From positions 13,392,001 to 13,456,000 of the forward strand of contig JBHGNT010000016.1 of NCBI GenBank assembly GCA_043228905.1: a DNA stretch of 64,000 nucleotides, given 5' to 3'. Of the stretch, positions 33,363-47,275 are shown piece by piece. Within the stretch, counting starts at the first letter, position 1. The number at the start of each line of letters is the position of its first letter. A program made the position numbers and the translations under genes. The DNA is from Azolla caroliniana. Lineage: Eukaryota; Plantae; Polypodiophyta. The notes below the pieces were generated by a model, which did not search any database, was not told the origin of the DNA, and worked only from the letters and a program-made list of their open reading frames with translations.

Positions 33363-36300
33363 TGTTGAGCGGCAAGCTCAACTGGATCCTACTTGGCTAA
33401 ATAAGCCTGAGCCGGATTGGCATCCGGAAGGATGAGCCGGATCAGTGAGCCAGTGAGCAAGTGAGTCGGTGAGCTGGGGAGTTGGTTAGCCGGATCGAGT
33501 AGTAACCGGAAGCCTAGTAGCAGCTTAGACTACTAGGTAGTTAATGTCTCGTAGTTAGTGTCAGATGCTCGTGTGAGCATTGAAGGACTTCTATCAGTCC
33601 TCTTAGGACTTGTATAAATATTGTTATTGAGCACGTTGTATGTACAGAGAATTTTACAGAGTGGTTGATAATAGATTTAAGTGTTCTGCTCTTTCTCTAT
33701 CTCTCTTGCGTACCTTTTGTGTGTTAATCTCTCTCTCTCTCTGTTGCTATCCGGCTAAGCCGGTTGTCTAACACTTCCGAACCTTCATTTTTACATGGTA
33801 TCAGAGTGCAAGGGTTGAGAACCTCTACAGCCAACATCAGCATCTGAAGAAAAACCCTAAGACCCGGTAAGAACAGAAAGAGAAGTGATGGACAAAGGAA
33901 TGACTAGCTTGCTCTCGGTGGAGAAGCTCAACAGATCCAACTATGCATCTTGGTCATATAAGATGCACCAGTACTTGCTTGGGCAGTGTTACTGGAGCTA
34001 TGTCGACGGAGCTAATGACACAACACCTGATGCGGCACACAAGGACTTCCTAGTGTGGGAACAAGCGATAAGTAGAGTGATGTACTCCTTTGCATCCAGT
34101 GTCGAAGACCAGCTGCTGAGCCATGTCTGAGATGCCAAAACGCCAAAAGAAGCTTGGGGAAACCTAAAGAAGGTTTTCGCGGCAAGCACTACGGTCCGGA
34201 AGCTGCAACTCCGACAGGAGTTGAGCAATGTCCGACAGAAGGACATGTCGGTAGCCGATTACATGGACCGAATCCAAGAGATCTGTGACTCACTTGCCTC
34301 TATCAACGTCACTGTAGAGGAAGATGAGATGGTGCAGATCTGTCTTGGGGGCCTAACATCTAAGTTTAGTATGTACAAGGGATAATACGCCGTCATTTTT
34401 CGACTGTAAGTCGATGCTCTTTGTTGAGGAGAACCATGTCGGTGTGTCAACAAGTGCACCCACTGACAGTCGGATGTTGTACACAGAGGCGGATCGGCCC
34501 CATGGGCGTGGTGGACGAGGAGGGTCGGCTCGCAATGGTAGCGGCTGGCAAGAGTAGGACCGAAGGCACAGAGAACGTGCTGACACCAGTTCCAGACCCT
34601 CCACAAGCAAGGGGAGTCAAGGCGGCGCCGGAGGCCAGCAAGCAAAGGCCGACACAGAATGTTGGTACAGTGGTAAAAAGGGCCATAGAGTGCTAAGTGG
34701 CAAGCTCAACTGGAGCCGGATCGGCTGAATAAGCCTGAGCTAGCAAGCGAGACGGATCGGTAAGCTGTGAGCAACCGAGCCGGCAAGCAACAAAGCCGGT
34801 GAGCTAGGGAGCCGGTTAGCCGGATCCAATCAGTAACCGGAAGCCTAGTATTAGTGTAGACTACTAGGCAATTATAGTCTCGTAGTAAGTGTCAGATGCT
34901 CGTGTGAGCATTGAAGTACGCGGTACTTCTGTCAGTCCCACGGGGACTTGTATAAATGATGCTACTGAGCATAGTTGTATGTACAGAGTGTTTTATATAT
35001 TTTTGAATATAGCTTTGAGGTTTTGCTTCTTCTCTCCCTCTAGGGTACTTTGTGTATTCCCTAATTTCTCTGTTTTTCTAACGCTTCCACAAGTAATCGT
35101 TTACATGGTATCAGAGCGCGAGGGTTGAGAACCTCTGCAGCCGACAAACGCTTGAAAACAAATCCTAACAGGTCGTCAGAACAACAGACAGAGAAGTGAT
35201 GGATAGAGGAATGGCTGGTTCGCTCCCTATGGAGAAACTCGAGAGATCCAACTATGCATCTTGGTCGTATAAGATGCACTAGTACCTGCTTGGGCATGGC
35301 TACTGGAGTTTCGTTGAAGGATCCAACGAAACAACACCTGATGCGGCACATAAGGACTTCCCAGTGTGGGAACAATCGGCAAGCAAAGTGATGTACTGCT
35401 TCGCATCCAGTGTCGGAGACCAGCTGCTGAGCCACATCCGAGATGCCAAGACGCTGAAGGAGGCTTGGGGGAACCTGAAGAAGGTTTTCACCGCGAGCAC
35501 TACAACCTGGAAGCTGCAACTCCGACAAGAGTTGAGCAATGTCCGACAGAAGGACATGTCGGTGGCGGATTACACAGCCCGGATCAAAGAGATCTATGAC
35601 TCGCTTGCCTCTATCAACGTTACCGTAGAGGAAGATGAGATGTTACAGGTCTGTCTTGGGGGCCTGGCGTCTAAGTTCAGAGTGTTCCGAATGGCGGTGT
35701 GTACAAGGGAGAATACCCCGTCATTTTTCGACTTACAGTCGATGCTCCTTGTAGAGGAGAACCACGCCAGTGCGTCAACTAGCGCACCCACTGACAGCCG
35801 GATGTTGTAAACGGAGGCGGATCGGTCCCGTGGGCGTGGTGGATGAGGCGGGTCGGCACGCAATGGAGGCGGCCGGCAAGAGCAAGAACGAAGGCAGAGA
35901 GAATGTGCCGACAGTAGTTTCGGGACCTCCACAGGTAGGGGGAGTCAAGGCAGTGCCGTAGGCCAGCAACACAAATCTGCAACAAAATGTTGGTACTGTG
36001 GCAAAAAGGGCCACAGAGAAAGCGAGTGTTGGAGAAAACGCGCCGATTCGGACAAATCTGGATCCGGCAAGGCCGACAAGGATGGCCATCAAAGCTCGCA
36101 CTACGCGAAGGGATCAGGAGGATCCAAGAACGGTAATGGGCCAGCCTTGGTGATGAAGCACGAGGCGAACTCGATGAAGAAGAACACTTCCAAATCAAAG
36201 GATGTGTGGTATGTTGATTCCGGTGTGTCAAACCACATGATGAACCACAAAGAGTGGCTCTCCTTTTTGGAGAAACCGGATCAACTAGGAGTAGTCGAAA

Positions 36301-39300
36301 CCGGAGACGACACTGCTCACCCAATTGTGCACGTCGGAGAAGTCCCTTTCAGCCACGTCGGACAGAAGGGGAAGCTGATGAACGTATTACACGTTCTGAC
36401 AATCACGAAGAACCTAGTGTCGGTCAGATAGATCATCGACCAAGGGATGCAGGTGTCATGAACAGTACTGAGACAGAGAAGGAATTAGTACTAAACGAAG
36501 GACTAGTACTATGAGAGGTGTGGAACTTCTGAGAGAGAAGGAAGAAGTGAGCGAGACAGAGAGAAAGAGAGAGATTGAGAGAGAGAGAGAATGATGATAA
36601 GAAAGATATGTATTATATGAAGAGAATATACAATGGTGGCTAAAAGGCTTAAGACTGGCGTTGAACCAATTTGGTTCAACATAATGCCTAGTGCCCTCTT
36701 TTATAGTGTTTTCAGGAGTAATCCTGAAGCTTCTAGAATGTTCCAGAGAAATCTGGAATATACACTAATTTCCTATAATAAAATGTATCAAGAGCTCAAC
36801 CCATATAACCTAAGGTCATGGGTTCGAGTCTTGCCATATCATGACACTATCCCCCCTTTAAAACGACGAGTGTCACGAGTCGTCTTGGATTGAGGACCTG
36901 GTTTGTGTGGATATTGACAATGGAAGTCTTCAAGAAGAGCACGAGCATTGGTCACATTCTCGATCGGTTCCCAAGTACGTTCGCTGGGGCTATAGCCTAG
37001 CCAATCGACTAGATAGTAGAGCTTGTTGCGAACAATCTTGGAATCAAGGATTGCGGCAACCTCGTACTCCGGCCCATCTTCAAGCTCGATCGGGGGTGGA
37101 GGTTGGATAAGACATCCTGGGATAGTGCTCTCGTGGTAGGGTTCGAGGAGAGAACTATGAAACACGGGATGTATCCGAAGTTGAGGAGGTAGATCGAGAC
37201 GAAAAGCGACATCATTAATCTGTCCAATAATACGGAAAGGACCTAATCGCCGATAATCTAACTTCTCACATGGACGAGTAGTCTTGATGTGTTGTCGTAG
37301 CAGCCACACCCGATCTCCAATATTAAAACTGGATGGAAGTCGATGACGATCCGTGTAGACCTTGTGTGTTTGTTGAGCTTGCTGGAGATGAGTAGATAAA
37401 TGCGCTTGTATCTTGCATAATTGCTCCAAACGATCCTCCGCGCATGGATTTGTGGACACCTCTGGGGTTTCAAGTACACTCCACCGGGGGTGACATCCTG
37501 TATAAGCATAAAATGGCGTAACTTTAGTGGATGCGTGAATAGAGTGGTTATAGGCAAATTCCGCGAAGTGGAGAATATCTGCCCAGTCATCTTGATGATA
37601 ACTGAGAAAGCACTGCAGATACTGCTCCAACGTTTGATTTGTTCATTCAGGTTGGCTGTCGGTTTGTGGGTGGTAGCCGGAGGAGAGGTTACAAGTGACC
37701 TTGAGCATGTTAAAAAGGTGCTTCCAGAATTTTGACACGAACTGGGGTCCACGGTCGCTTATGATACTATCAGGAAGTCCATGATGCCGACATACTTCAC
37801 GCATGACAATTTCAGCAGTGTCTTCACTGGAGATCTCCTTAGTACATGAAAAGAAATGAGCCATCTTCCTATATCGATCGACCACTGTTAGAATCGCATT
37901 GAACCCCGTAGAGACTGGAAGATCTGTGATGAAGTCTAGAGCAATGGATTGCCACGGCTTGCTTGGAATTGGTAATGGTTCTAATAAACCATATGGATGA
38001 TGCCTTGGCATTTTCGCTCTGCAACATGTATCACAAGTCCGAACAAAATCCTCGACAAATTGTCGCATACAGGGCCACCAGAATGATCGTTGTACTAAAT
38101 GTAATGTTTTAGTACTACCAAAATGCCCAGTTGAATATGTGTCATGATAGTTTTGTACTACTCGAAGGCGGCAAGAACCATTAGGAACATGCCAGTATAG
38201 CTTAGGCGAACGCATCTGTCTTCAAGTCTTCACGTATGGTATCGATAACGCGGGAATCCATAGGCATGTCAAAGATCTGTGTTGCTTGTAGTCGTGCCGG
38301 TCCCAAGATGACTTGTTTTTGGTTATCGAAAGCTGGCTCGCCGGGACGGGGTGCTAGATACGAATGTCGTGATAATGCATCTACCTTCCCTTGGTGCCTC
38401 CCTGGACGATATGTAACTTTGAAGTCGAAACGCGTGAGGAAATGGGCCCACCGAGCTTGACGTCGATTCAACACACGAGCACCCTGAAAGTAGGCTAGAT
38501 TCTTGTGGTCACTAAATACGGTGACTGGATAAGAGGATCCCTCTAGAAAATGCCTCCATTGCATAAAAGAATCCACTATTGCCAATAGCTCCTTATCATG
38601 AATTTCGTAGTTCATTTCGGCGGCGTCACACTTGCGTGAGTGAAAAGCCACAGGATGTAGCTTCTCATCATTCCCCTGTTGTGATAGAATGCTCCCCAAT
38701 GCAAAATCCGATGCGTCAGCTTCGATAATGAATGGTTTTTCCGGATCGACATGAGCTAGAATTGGAGCTGATGTAAATGCCTTTTTAAGACTCTCGAAAT
38801 CCATGTCCGTTTCTTCAGACCAGATGAACGGTTGTCCCTTCCTGGTAAGTTGTGTGAGAGGTAGAACGATCTTTGAGTAATCTTGTATGAACTTCCAGTA
38901 AAAATTGGCAAAGCCTAAGAAGCATTGCACATCCCGCACCGAACGCGGAGTCTGCCATTCTACCACCGTTTTGACCTTACCTGGGTCCATGGAGATGCCT
39001 TCTGACGAAATGATGTAGCCGAGAAATTACACTTGGTTGCACCCGAAACTACATTTTTCCAGCTTTGCATACAGACCATGTTCTCGAAGTTGTTTTAGTA
39101 CTAATAGTACATGAGAATCATGTTCTTCTTGGGTCTTTGAATAAACCAGTAGATCATCCAAATAGATGATCAAACAATCATCCAATAGATCTCGGAATAT
39201 ATCATTAGCCATGTGCTGGAAGACTTCCGGCGCATTAGTGAGGCCGAACGGTATGACCGTATACTCGAAGTGCCCATATCTGGTGCGAAACGCGGTCTTC

Positions 39301-42300
39301 CATTCGTCTCCTGGTCGGATCCATACGAGGTTATATGCTCCCCGTAAGTCGATCTTCGTGAAGAACCTGGCACCATTGATCCGTTCTAAAAGACTTGAGA
39401 TAAGGGGAAGAGCATACCTATTCCTGATTGTAACCTTATTCAAGCCACGGTAATCTACAACGAGACGAAGCGATCCATCTTTTTTTTTGACGAAGAAAAT
39501 GGGCGCGCCGGCTGGAGATTTCGAATGCCGAATGAAACCATTTTCCAAATTCTCCTCTATATAGGCCCGAAGGACTTCCAGCTCGGTTGGTGAAAAATTG
39601 TAGATCGGTCCCCATGGCGGCTCTTTTCCCGGTTGTAAATCGATGGGGCAATCGTACGGTCGATGATGAGGAAGTGTGTTAGCTTGTACTTTATCGAACA
39701 CATCGGCCTAATGACGATACTTCTCGGGAAGTTGAACGGTGGATTCTTCTTTAGTGGTTCTGGAGGGGTTTACTGATATTGCAAAGAGGAACATTTCCTC
39801 CTTGCGCCCTTCTTTACGCAACTGACGTAGCGAAATGGTTGCCATCTTCTGAGTTGACCCTTGGGTTTGTCGACACCGGATTTCTCTTGTTCTCCAATCT
39901 ATGTCTGGGTTATATAACTCGAACCACGGTAATCCTAAAACTATAGGATGTTCTGGGATACTAATAATATTAAATGATACTACACATGCTAAGTTATCTA
40001 GGACAATATTAATGGGCTCTGACTCTTCTATGATATTTCCGGAAGCAGTGGAACGTCCATCAATGACTACTACAGAAGCTGGACATTGGAGTTTTCTTAG
40101 GGATATCTTATGAGCTTGAGCCAATTTCTTATCCATAAAGCAAGAGTTAGCTCCGGAATTTAGGAGTGCTAGGACATGTACTGGAGGGGTACTTTTAGTA
40201 CTAACTATTACTTGGGCTACGAACACATTACTAACTTGCCTAGAGGGAATGGAACCACTAATGGGCTGCATAGATCTAGGGTTGTCCAACCAAACGACTC
40301 CTATTTTGGCTGGACTTCGTCATTTAACTCTTCTTCTAACTGTCTAAGGACATCAAATTTGTTTGCTAGATCTGGGATATTAGTACTATTAGTACTATTA
40401 GGACTATCAGATATCCCTACTAAAATAGGCTCGGATTTAGTACAATTAGAACTAGCGACTATTTGGTTTACCTGTCTTCTTGGCCTATGGGGGCAATTTA
40501 TTGTGATATGTCCTGGTTCACCGCAGTAAAGACATAGTCGATTTGTACGGCGTCGCTGCTTTTCTTCTTCAAATAATGGCCCTCGACGACGTGTAGTGTC
40601 AATCTCCATCGGAGTCGGAGTATTCGCTGGAGGCGCATTATATGACTCCCTCGAAAAAGGTCTTGCTACCATTGAGGCGTAGGTGTGCTCTGATCTTGCC
40701 CTCAGCATCTGTAGCTGTCGTTCCGAACGCCGCTCAAAGAGGTGGTTGTCACATGTCACCGCTCGACTGATTGCTTCTGTTAAGGACATTGGCTCGTCGG
40801 GGAAGGTCAATAGTAAATCCTTGACGTCGTTGCGTAAACCATAATGGAATTGCTCCATCAACTCTTGATCATCCCAAGGGATATCGGCGGCGAGTAGGTG
40901 AAAATCTGTAGCGTATGCGGAGGCTGGACGGTCACCTTGGCGTAATCGCTGGATTTTGTTGATTGCGGTCCTGATGCTATCAGTATCTCCGAAACATGCT
41001 TTAAACTCACCTAGAAACTCTTCAAAATTGTTGAGTAACGGAGATTCCTTTTCTAATAGTGGAGCGAACCATGACAACGCTGAGCCACTTAACAAAGTGC
41101 CTACTAAACCCACTCATGATGCATCGGTGGGATATCGGGAAGGATGCATTTGAATAACTAATCGTACCTGGTTAAGGAACCCTCTAAACTGCGATCGCGT
41201 TCCATCGAACTTCGTGGGAAGGTCAATCTTGGGTTCTTTATGAATCCCTTGTGTTCCGGGCCCTTGTTGTTGCATCGCTACGATGGTTGCTTCGAGTTGT
41301 TGCATGCGTAACGCAAGTTCCCCATGTTGTTGTTGCGTTTGCTGCTTTTCTAAGGAGATTTGCTGAAGATCCCCCAGCAACCTTTGGTTTTCTTGTTCCA
41401 AAGCATGGAACTTCTCCTTCAAGCATTGAAATTCCGAGAAAACATATTGATATTCTTCAGCGCTAACAATGGCCATGGGATGAAAGAAAAGAGGAATAAA
41501 AGATTAGTAGGAATTGAGAGAGACAGAAGGTAGGGAAAATTGGTTCAAACTGTCATGAACAGTACTGAGACAGAGAAGGAATTAGTACTAAACGAAGGAC
41601 TAGTACTATGAGAGGTGTGGAACTTCTTCGAGAGAGAAGGAAGAAGTGAGCGAGACAGAGAGAAAGAGAGAGATTGAGAGAGAGAGAGAGTGATGATAAG
41701 AAAGATATGTATTATATGAAGAGAATATACAATGGTGGCTAAAAGGCTTAAGACTGGCGTTGAACCAATTTGGTTCAGTGCCCTCTTTTATAGTGTTTTC
41801 AGGAGTAATCCTGAAGCTTCTAGAATGTTCCAGAGAAATCTGGAATATACACTAATTTCCTATAATAAAATGTAAATGAAAATAATATCCTACGTATTAC
41901 AATAGATGATCTAATGGTCAAGAGCTCAACCCATATAACCTAAGGTCATGGGTTCGAGTCTTGCCATATCGTGACAGGAGGTGCGGTTTACGCACCTCGG
42001 GTGCTTCATTGAGGAAGAGGGCCAGATTATTGCGCAAGGGCGTAGAGACGAGAGGATGTTTATCCTCGACACTAGTGACGTCGGAACTGCTCTATTTGCA
42101 AAAGGGCAGAAGGTCGAATCGGACATCGACCTATGGCACAAGAGGATAGGCCACGTGAATTATCGGAGGATTCAAGACCTGCAAACGAAACAAGTTGTTT
42201 TTGGTTTGCCAAAGTTTAGCGGCCGAGGCAGTCCGAATAGCTGTCTACATCCAGAATCGGATCAGTGACAAGGTGTCAGCTCACGAGCTATATTTCGGAC

Positions 42301-45300
42301 GCAAGCCGAATTTGAGACACCTTAAGATCTTCGGTAGCATTGCATATGTGCATGTACCGGAATAGAAGTGGAGGAAGTTGGATGTAAAATCGGAAAAATG
42401 CATCCTAATCGGCTATGCTCAAGAGCAGAAGGGTTACAAGTGTTATAACCCCCGGACAAAGCAGGTCGAGTTAGTCAAGATGTCGAGTTCGATGAATCGG
42501 CATCGTGGTACTCCTTAACGGCTCCGACTTCCGAATCTGACCCGGTGCTGGTGGATGAGGCTAGTGAGCCTGAACCGGCCCAGGTAGAGGATGATGAAGC
42601 GTGGACTCAGGATGAGAGTCCGGAATCGTTCCGGTTGAGCGGGCCAAACGAGAGACTGAGTCAATCTGACCAGTCCGATGAGGAACCGACGAGTAGTGGA
42701 GACTCTGCTGTGCACTCCCCGCACAAGGAACCGAGGCAACGGTTCACGCGCAAAGAGAGGGGGAAGAAGAAGATGCCAGAATTCGAAACCGGCAACGATG
42801 AGTCGGATTAGTGTGCATCTGACTCCGGCAAGGAGAAAGGCAGATCTTCGGGAATGAAGACCGAACCGGCCAAGAAGGGCCCCAAACTGGGTAACGTTAA
42901 GTTACGTCGGTCTTCCCACCAGAAGAACCCCGTGAAGCAGTTTGGGCACAATGAGTACATGGCGCATCACTATGCGTACATGACCAAGGTGGCAGAAGTG
43001 CGTGAGTCGGAGAGCTACGCAGAAGCAGAAAATGACGCAAATTGGCGTGCCGCTATGGAGGAAGAAATGCGGGCACTTGATGCCAACAACACATGGGACC
43101 TAGTTGACCCTCCCCGATAGTGTAAACCAATCGGATGTAAGTGGGTGTACAAGGTAAAGTACAATACCGATGGTTCGGTTAACCGGTACAAGGCCCGGTT
43201 AGTGGCGAAGGGATACGCGCAGACCCACAGAATCGACTATGATGAGACCTTCGCTCTGGTAGCGAAGATGATGACGTTTCGTGTGGTGCTGGTGGTTGTT
43301 GTGGCAAGGGGGTGGCATCTTCACCATATGGACGTGAAGAATGCATTTCTTCAAGGAAATCTTGAAGAAGAGGTTTTTATGACCCAACCCCCCGGTTTCC
43401 AGTCGGAGATGAACAAGTCGGTGGTATGCCGGCTAAAGAAGTCACTTTATGTCCTGAAGCAAGCCCCCCGAGCTTGGAATGCGAAGATCACGCATCGGTT
43501 GCATAAGATGGGGTTTGCGGCCTCCAAGTCTGACTCCTCGTTGTTCATCCGGCAAGGTTCGGATGGTCCAGTTTGCATCTTGCTGTATGTTGATGATCTA
43601 GTCATCACTGGACCCGGACTCGATGAAATCAGCCGAGTCAAGTCCTTCACTATTTTGTTGGGATCGAGGTGATCCGAACCCCCAATGGCATATTGCTCTC
43701 ACAAAGACACTATGTGTTGAATATGTTGTACAAGTTCGGCATGATGGAATGCCGACCGATCTCCATAGACCTGGACCGGAACCAGAAGCTCCGTCTCGAC
43801 TCCGGACCGGCCTGCGCTAAGAAGCGGTTGCGACAAATCGTCGAAAGCCTTATATATTTGACAATCATCCAACCCAACATCAGTTATTCGGTCGGTGTGA
43901 TCAGCCAATATATGTAGAAGACGACTATGGAGCACCTTCTGTGCACGTATCAAATTTTGCGATATGTGAGCAGCACGAAGGACCGGGGACTATACCGGCA
44001 TGGTATAACCGAAGAGCTAGTCGACTACACCGATGCCCACTGGGCCGGGGATGCATCGCATCGCCGATCCAACTCCGGCTATATGTTTTCCCTTGGTAGC
44101 GCAACTATTGCGTGGAGTAGCAAAAAGCAGCCAACAGTGGCCCTTTCGAGCACTGAGGCTGAATACCGGGGTGCTATTGTTGCCACCTATGAAGCCATTT
44201 GGCTTCGGTGACTGCTACAAGACCTGCGGATCGAGGTGTCGATCCCGATCTTGATCTACTGTGACAAAATAAGCAACATGAAGCTCGCCAAGAATCCCGT
44301 ATTCCATGATCGCACCAAGCACATAGAAGTGCACTACCACTTCGTGCGTGAGCGTGTACTGAGCGGTGAAGTCAAACTTCGGTATGTTCATACGGATCGG
44401 CAAGTTGCTGACATCTTCACCAAACCGCTCGGATCAGACAAGTTGCAGCACTTCACCAAAATGCTTGGTGTTCAACATCTCGACGTGCCACACTTGAGGG
44501 GGAGAACAGGCAAAGACACTGGAACGGGCATAGGCAAAAAAAATGCCGATTGCATCGGTGAGGGAAGAACTGATAAAGGCAGAGACAAGAAGAAGAAAGG
44601 AAGTTGACACATCCGAACAAGTCGGAACAAGCAGCAGCGGCGGTAGAGTTGAGAAGGACAGAGCCGACTGGAAGAAGAAGGCCAAGACCCAAACATGGTT
44701 CGATGTGGTGAGGGGCCTGGAATCGGAAGACGAATTGCGAGCGATCGATTCGGTTCAAGAGACGGATTCGGAGGAATCGGATCAATTCAAGACCAAGAGG
44801 ACGAGAAGGGGCCGAATGTCGATGCCGACATGAAGGAATCGGCGAATCGGCAAGCGCTGAAGTCACAGCAGCGAGGGAGCTGAATTAGGCCTGTTGAGTA
44901 GACAAGCCGACCGAGGAGATCGAGGTGCGCAGAATTAGAAGGGTCGCGGCAAATAGGACTGTACTGGACGAGGAGTGCGAGCAAGGTGGAGCGACGCCAG
45001 AAGGAGCTGAGTGGAAGGACCGGCACCCATGGAGACTAACACTAAGATCCGACCTCATGTTGAGCTTGAGGGGGAGTGTTGAGCGGCAAGCTCAACCGGA
45101 TCCGGATCGGCTGAATAAACCTGAGCCGGATCGGTGAGCCAATGAGCAAGTGAGCCAGTAAGTTGGGGAGCCGGTTAGTCGGATCCAATAGTAACCAGAA
45201 GCCTAGTAGCAACTTAGACTACTAGGTAGTTAATGTCTCGTAGTTAGTGTCAGACGCTTGTGTGAGCATTGAAGTACACCGTACTTCTGTCAGTCCTCTT

Positions 45301-45501
45301 CGGACTTGTATAAATAGTGTTGTTGAGCACGTTGTATGTACAAAGAATTTTACAGAGTGGTTGATAATAGATTTAAGTGTTCTGCTCTTTCTCTATATCT
45401 CATGCGTACCTTCTGTGTGTTAATCTCTCTCTCCCTCTCTCTCTCTCTGTTGCTATCCGACTAAGCCGGTTGTCTAACACTTCTGCACTTTCGTTTTTAT
45501 A
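33363..45501 (+). mobile_element. Composite Ty1/copia element; LTRs 33363-33795 and 45077-45501, extra internal LTR 34691-35105, TSD CCTTT
   Basis: PBS tggtatcagag at 33796 and 35106, two gag starts (33885 and about 35199), RT LLYVDD, RNase H, and PPT at 45065-45076. CCTTT lies at 33358-33362 and 45502-45506. Confidence 0.92.
36454..41976 (-). mobile_element. Ty3/gypsy chromovirus (Tcn1-like), copy 2, full length; LTRs 41551-41976 and 36454-36846, TSD GCAGG/GGAGG
   Basis: Gag 41476-40301 with CLYCGEPGH knuckle, protease, RT YLDD, RNase H, integrase and chromodomain EYEVAAILD..YYLVDWLGY..TWEP. PPT aggggggatag. A few stops and frameshifts. Confidence 0.97.
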
Positions 45502-46230
45502 CCTTTCATATTTGACCATCACCCGGCCAAATCTCAACTATTTGGTCCGTCTAATCAGTTACTTCCTCGGGATCAAAGTGATCTGCACCCCCGAAGCCAT
45601 ATTGATCAACCAACGACATTATGTGCTGAATATGGTCTTCAAACTTGGCATGGCAGATTGTAAACCTGTCTTGACTCCTCTTGACAAGAATGTGAAGCTT
45701 CATCTCAGGTTGACATGTGACGCGACACGGTTCTAGTTGATTTTCAGAAGCCTTTCATATTTGACCATCACCCGACCAAACCTCAGTTATTTGGTCCGTC
45801 TAATTAGTTAATTTATGTCGCAATCGAGGACCGATCACCTTCAGTCCGCACATCGAATCTTGCAATATGTGAGCGGCACGAAGGATAGAGGGTTGCGATA
45901 TCAAGCAGATGTAGTCAAACAACTTGTCGGCTACACGGATGCCAACTAGGTAGGAAATGCTGGTTATTGACGATTGACATCAGGTTATGCATTCTCCTTG
46001 GGGAGTGTGGCGATTGCTTGGAGTTGTAAAAAGTAGTCGATAGTGGCACTATCGAGCACTGAGGCCGAATACCGACGAGCGGTTGTCGCAACATACAAAG
46101 CCATCTGGCTGAAGTGGCTATTGAAGTATCTGTGGGTGGAGGTATGATAACCTTAGTAATATCTAGTTGGTGAAAAACCCCGACTTCCATGCTTGGATGA
46201 AGCACATCGAAGTGCATTAAGGTTTTTGCT
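45502..46230 (+). mobile_element. Remainder of the host copia (RT end and RNase H) with a tandem duplication of about 249 bp
   Basis: cctttcatatttgaccatcaccc at both 45502 and 45751; GYTDA and LSSTEAEY remnants. Confidence 0.8.
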
Positions 46231-46473
46231 TCCGACATGTTAAATATTTCAAAACCTTTGTTACCCGTTGTCGGGCCTTTTGCTCCGGATCGTTGCGTGA
46301 GTCAGGTGGGAACCATTGAGGTTTTGGACTAGGAGAAAGAAGAATATGAGATAAGGTTTGTTGCGATTAGATTGCAAGATGAAGTTATGGAACTCGTGAA
46401 TCCCATGAGTATAGTGTATTAATTGATACTTAGATTGTAAGAGAGAAATAGATGGCAAAATTGTGAATCCCAC

Positions 46474-47241
46474 TAGGGATCGGCAACGGCTCGGCTCAAG
46501 CCTAAACCGTTTGGCTTAGCCGGCTTGAAAACGGCTTAGCGGCTTAGCGGCTCGGCTCGGCTCGGTTTAGGCTTGAACTTGCCTTAACGGTTTGAGCTCG
46601 GCTTGGCTTGGCTTGAGCCTCGCTAAACCGGCTAAGCCGGATAAACCGTTTAAGCTGTTTATAAACTTTAGAGAGGGGGAGAGAGACAACAGACAAGGGG
46701 AAAGAGAGAGAGAGAGTAAGGGAGGGAGAACTACATAGACGAGGAGAGAGAGAGGGAGGGAGGGAGACAACATATAAGGAGAGAGAGAGACTACACAAAC
46801 GAGGAGAGAGAGAGAGAGGGAGGGAGACAACATATAAGGAGAGAGAGAGAGAGAGGAACTACATAGAGGGGAGAGACAGAGATACTACACAGAGGGGAGA
46901 GAGAGAGAGAGAGAGAGAGAGAGGAACTACATAGAGGGGAGAGAGAGAGAGACTACACAGAGGGGAGAGAGAGAGAGAGAGAGAGGAACTACATAGAGGG
47001 GAGAGAGAGAGAGACTACACAGAGGGGAGAGAGAGAGAGAGATGAACTACATAGAGGGGAGACAGAGAGAGAGGGAGGGAGAGTCGAGACCATAGACGTG
47101 AGAGAGAGAGAGAGAGAGGAACTACATAGAGGGGAGAGAGAGAGGATTTACATAGAGGGGAGAGAGAGGGAGAGGGAGAGAGAGTCGAGACCACAGACGT
47201 GAGAGAGAGTGGGAGGGATCATCTGAGAGAGAGGGGGAGGT

Positions 47242-47275
<34 letters not shown>

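Noticed and set aside
46670-47275. CRISPR-like array or SLSL ORFs
   Set aside because: GA minisatellite with no unique spacers, no cas genes, and a eukaryotic context.
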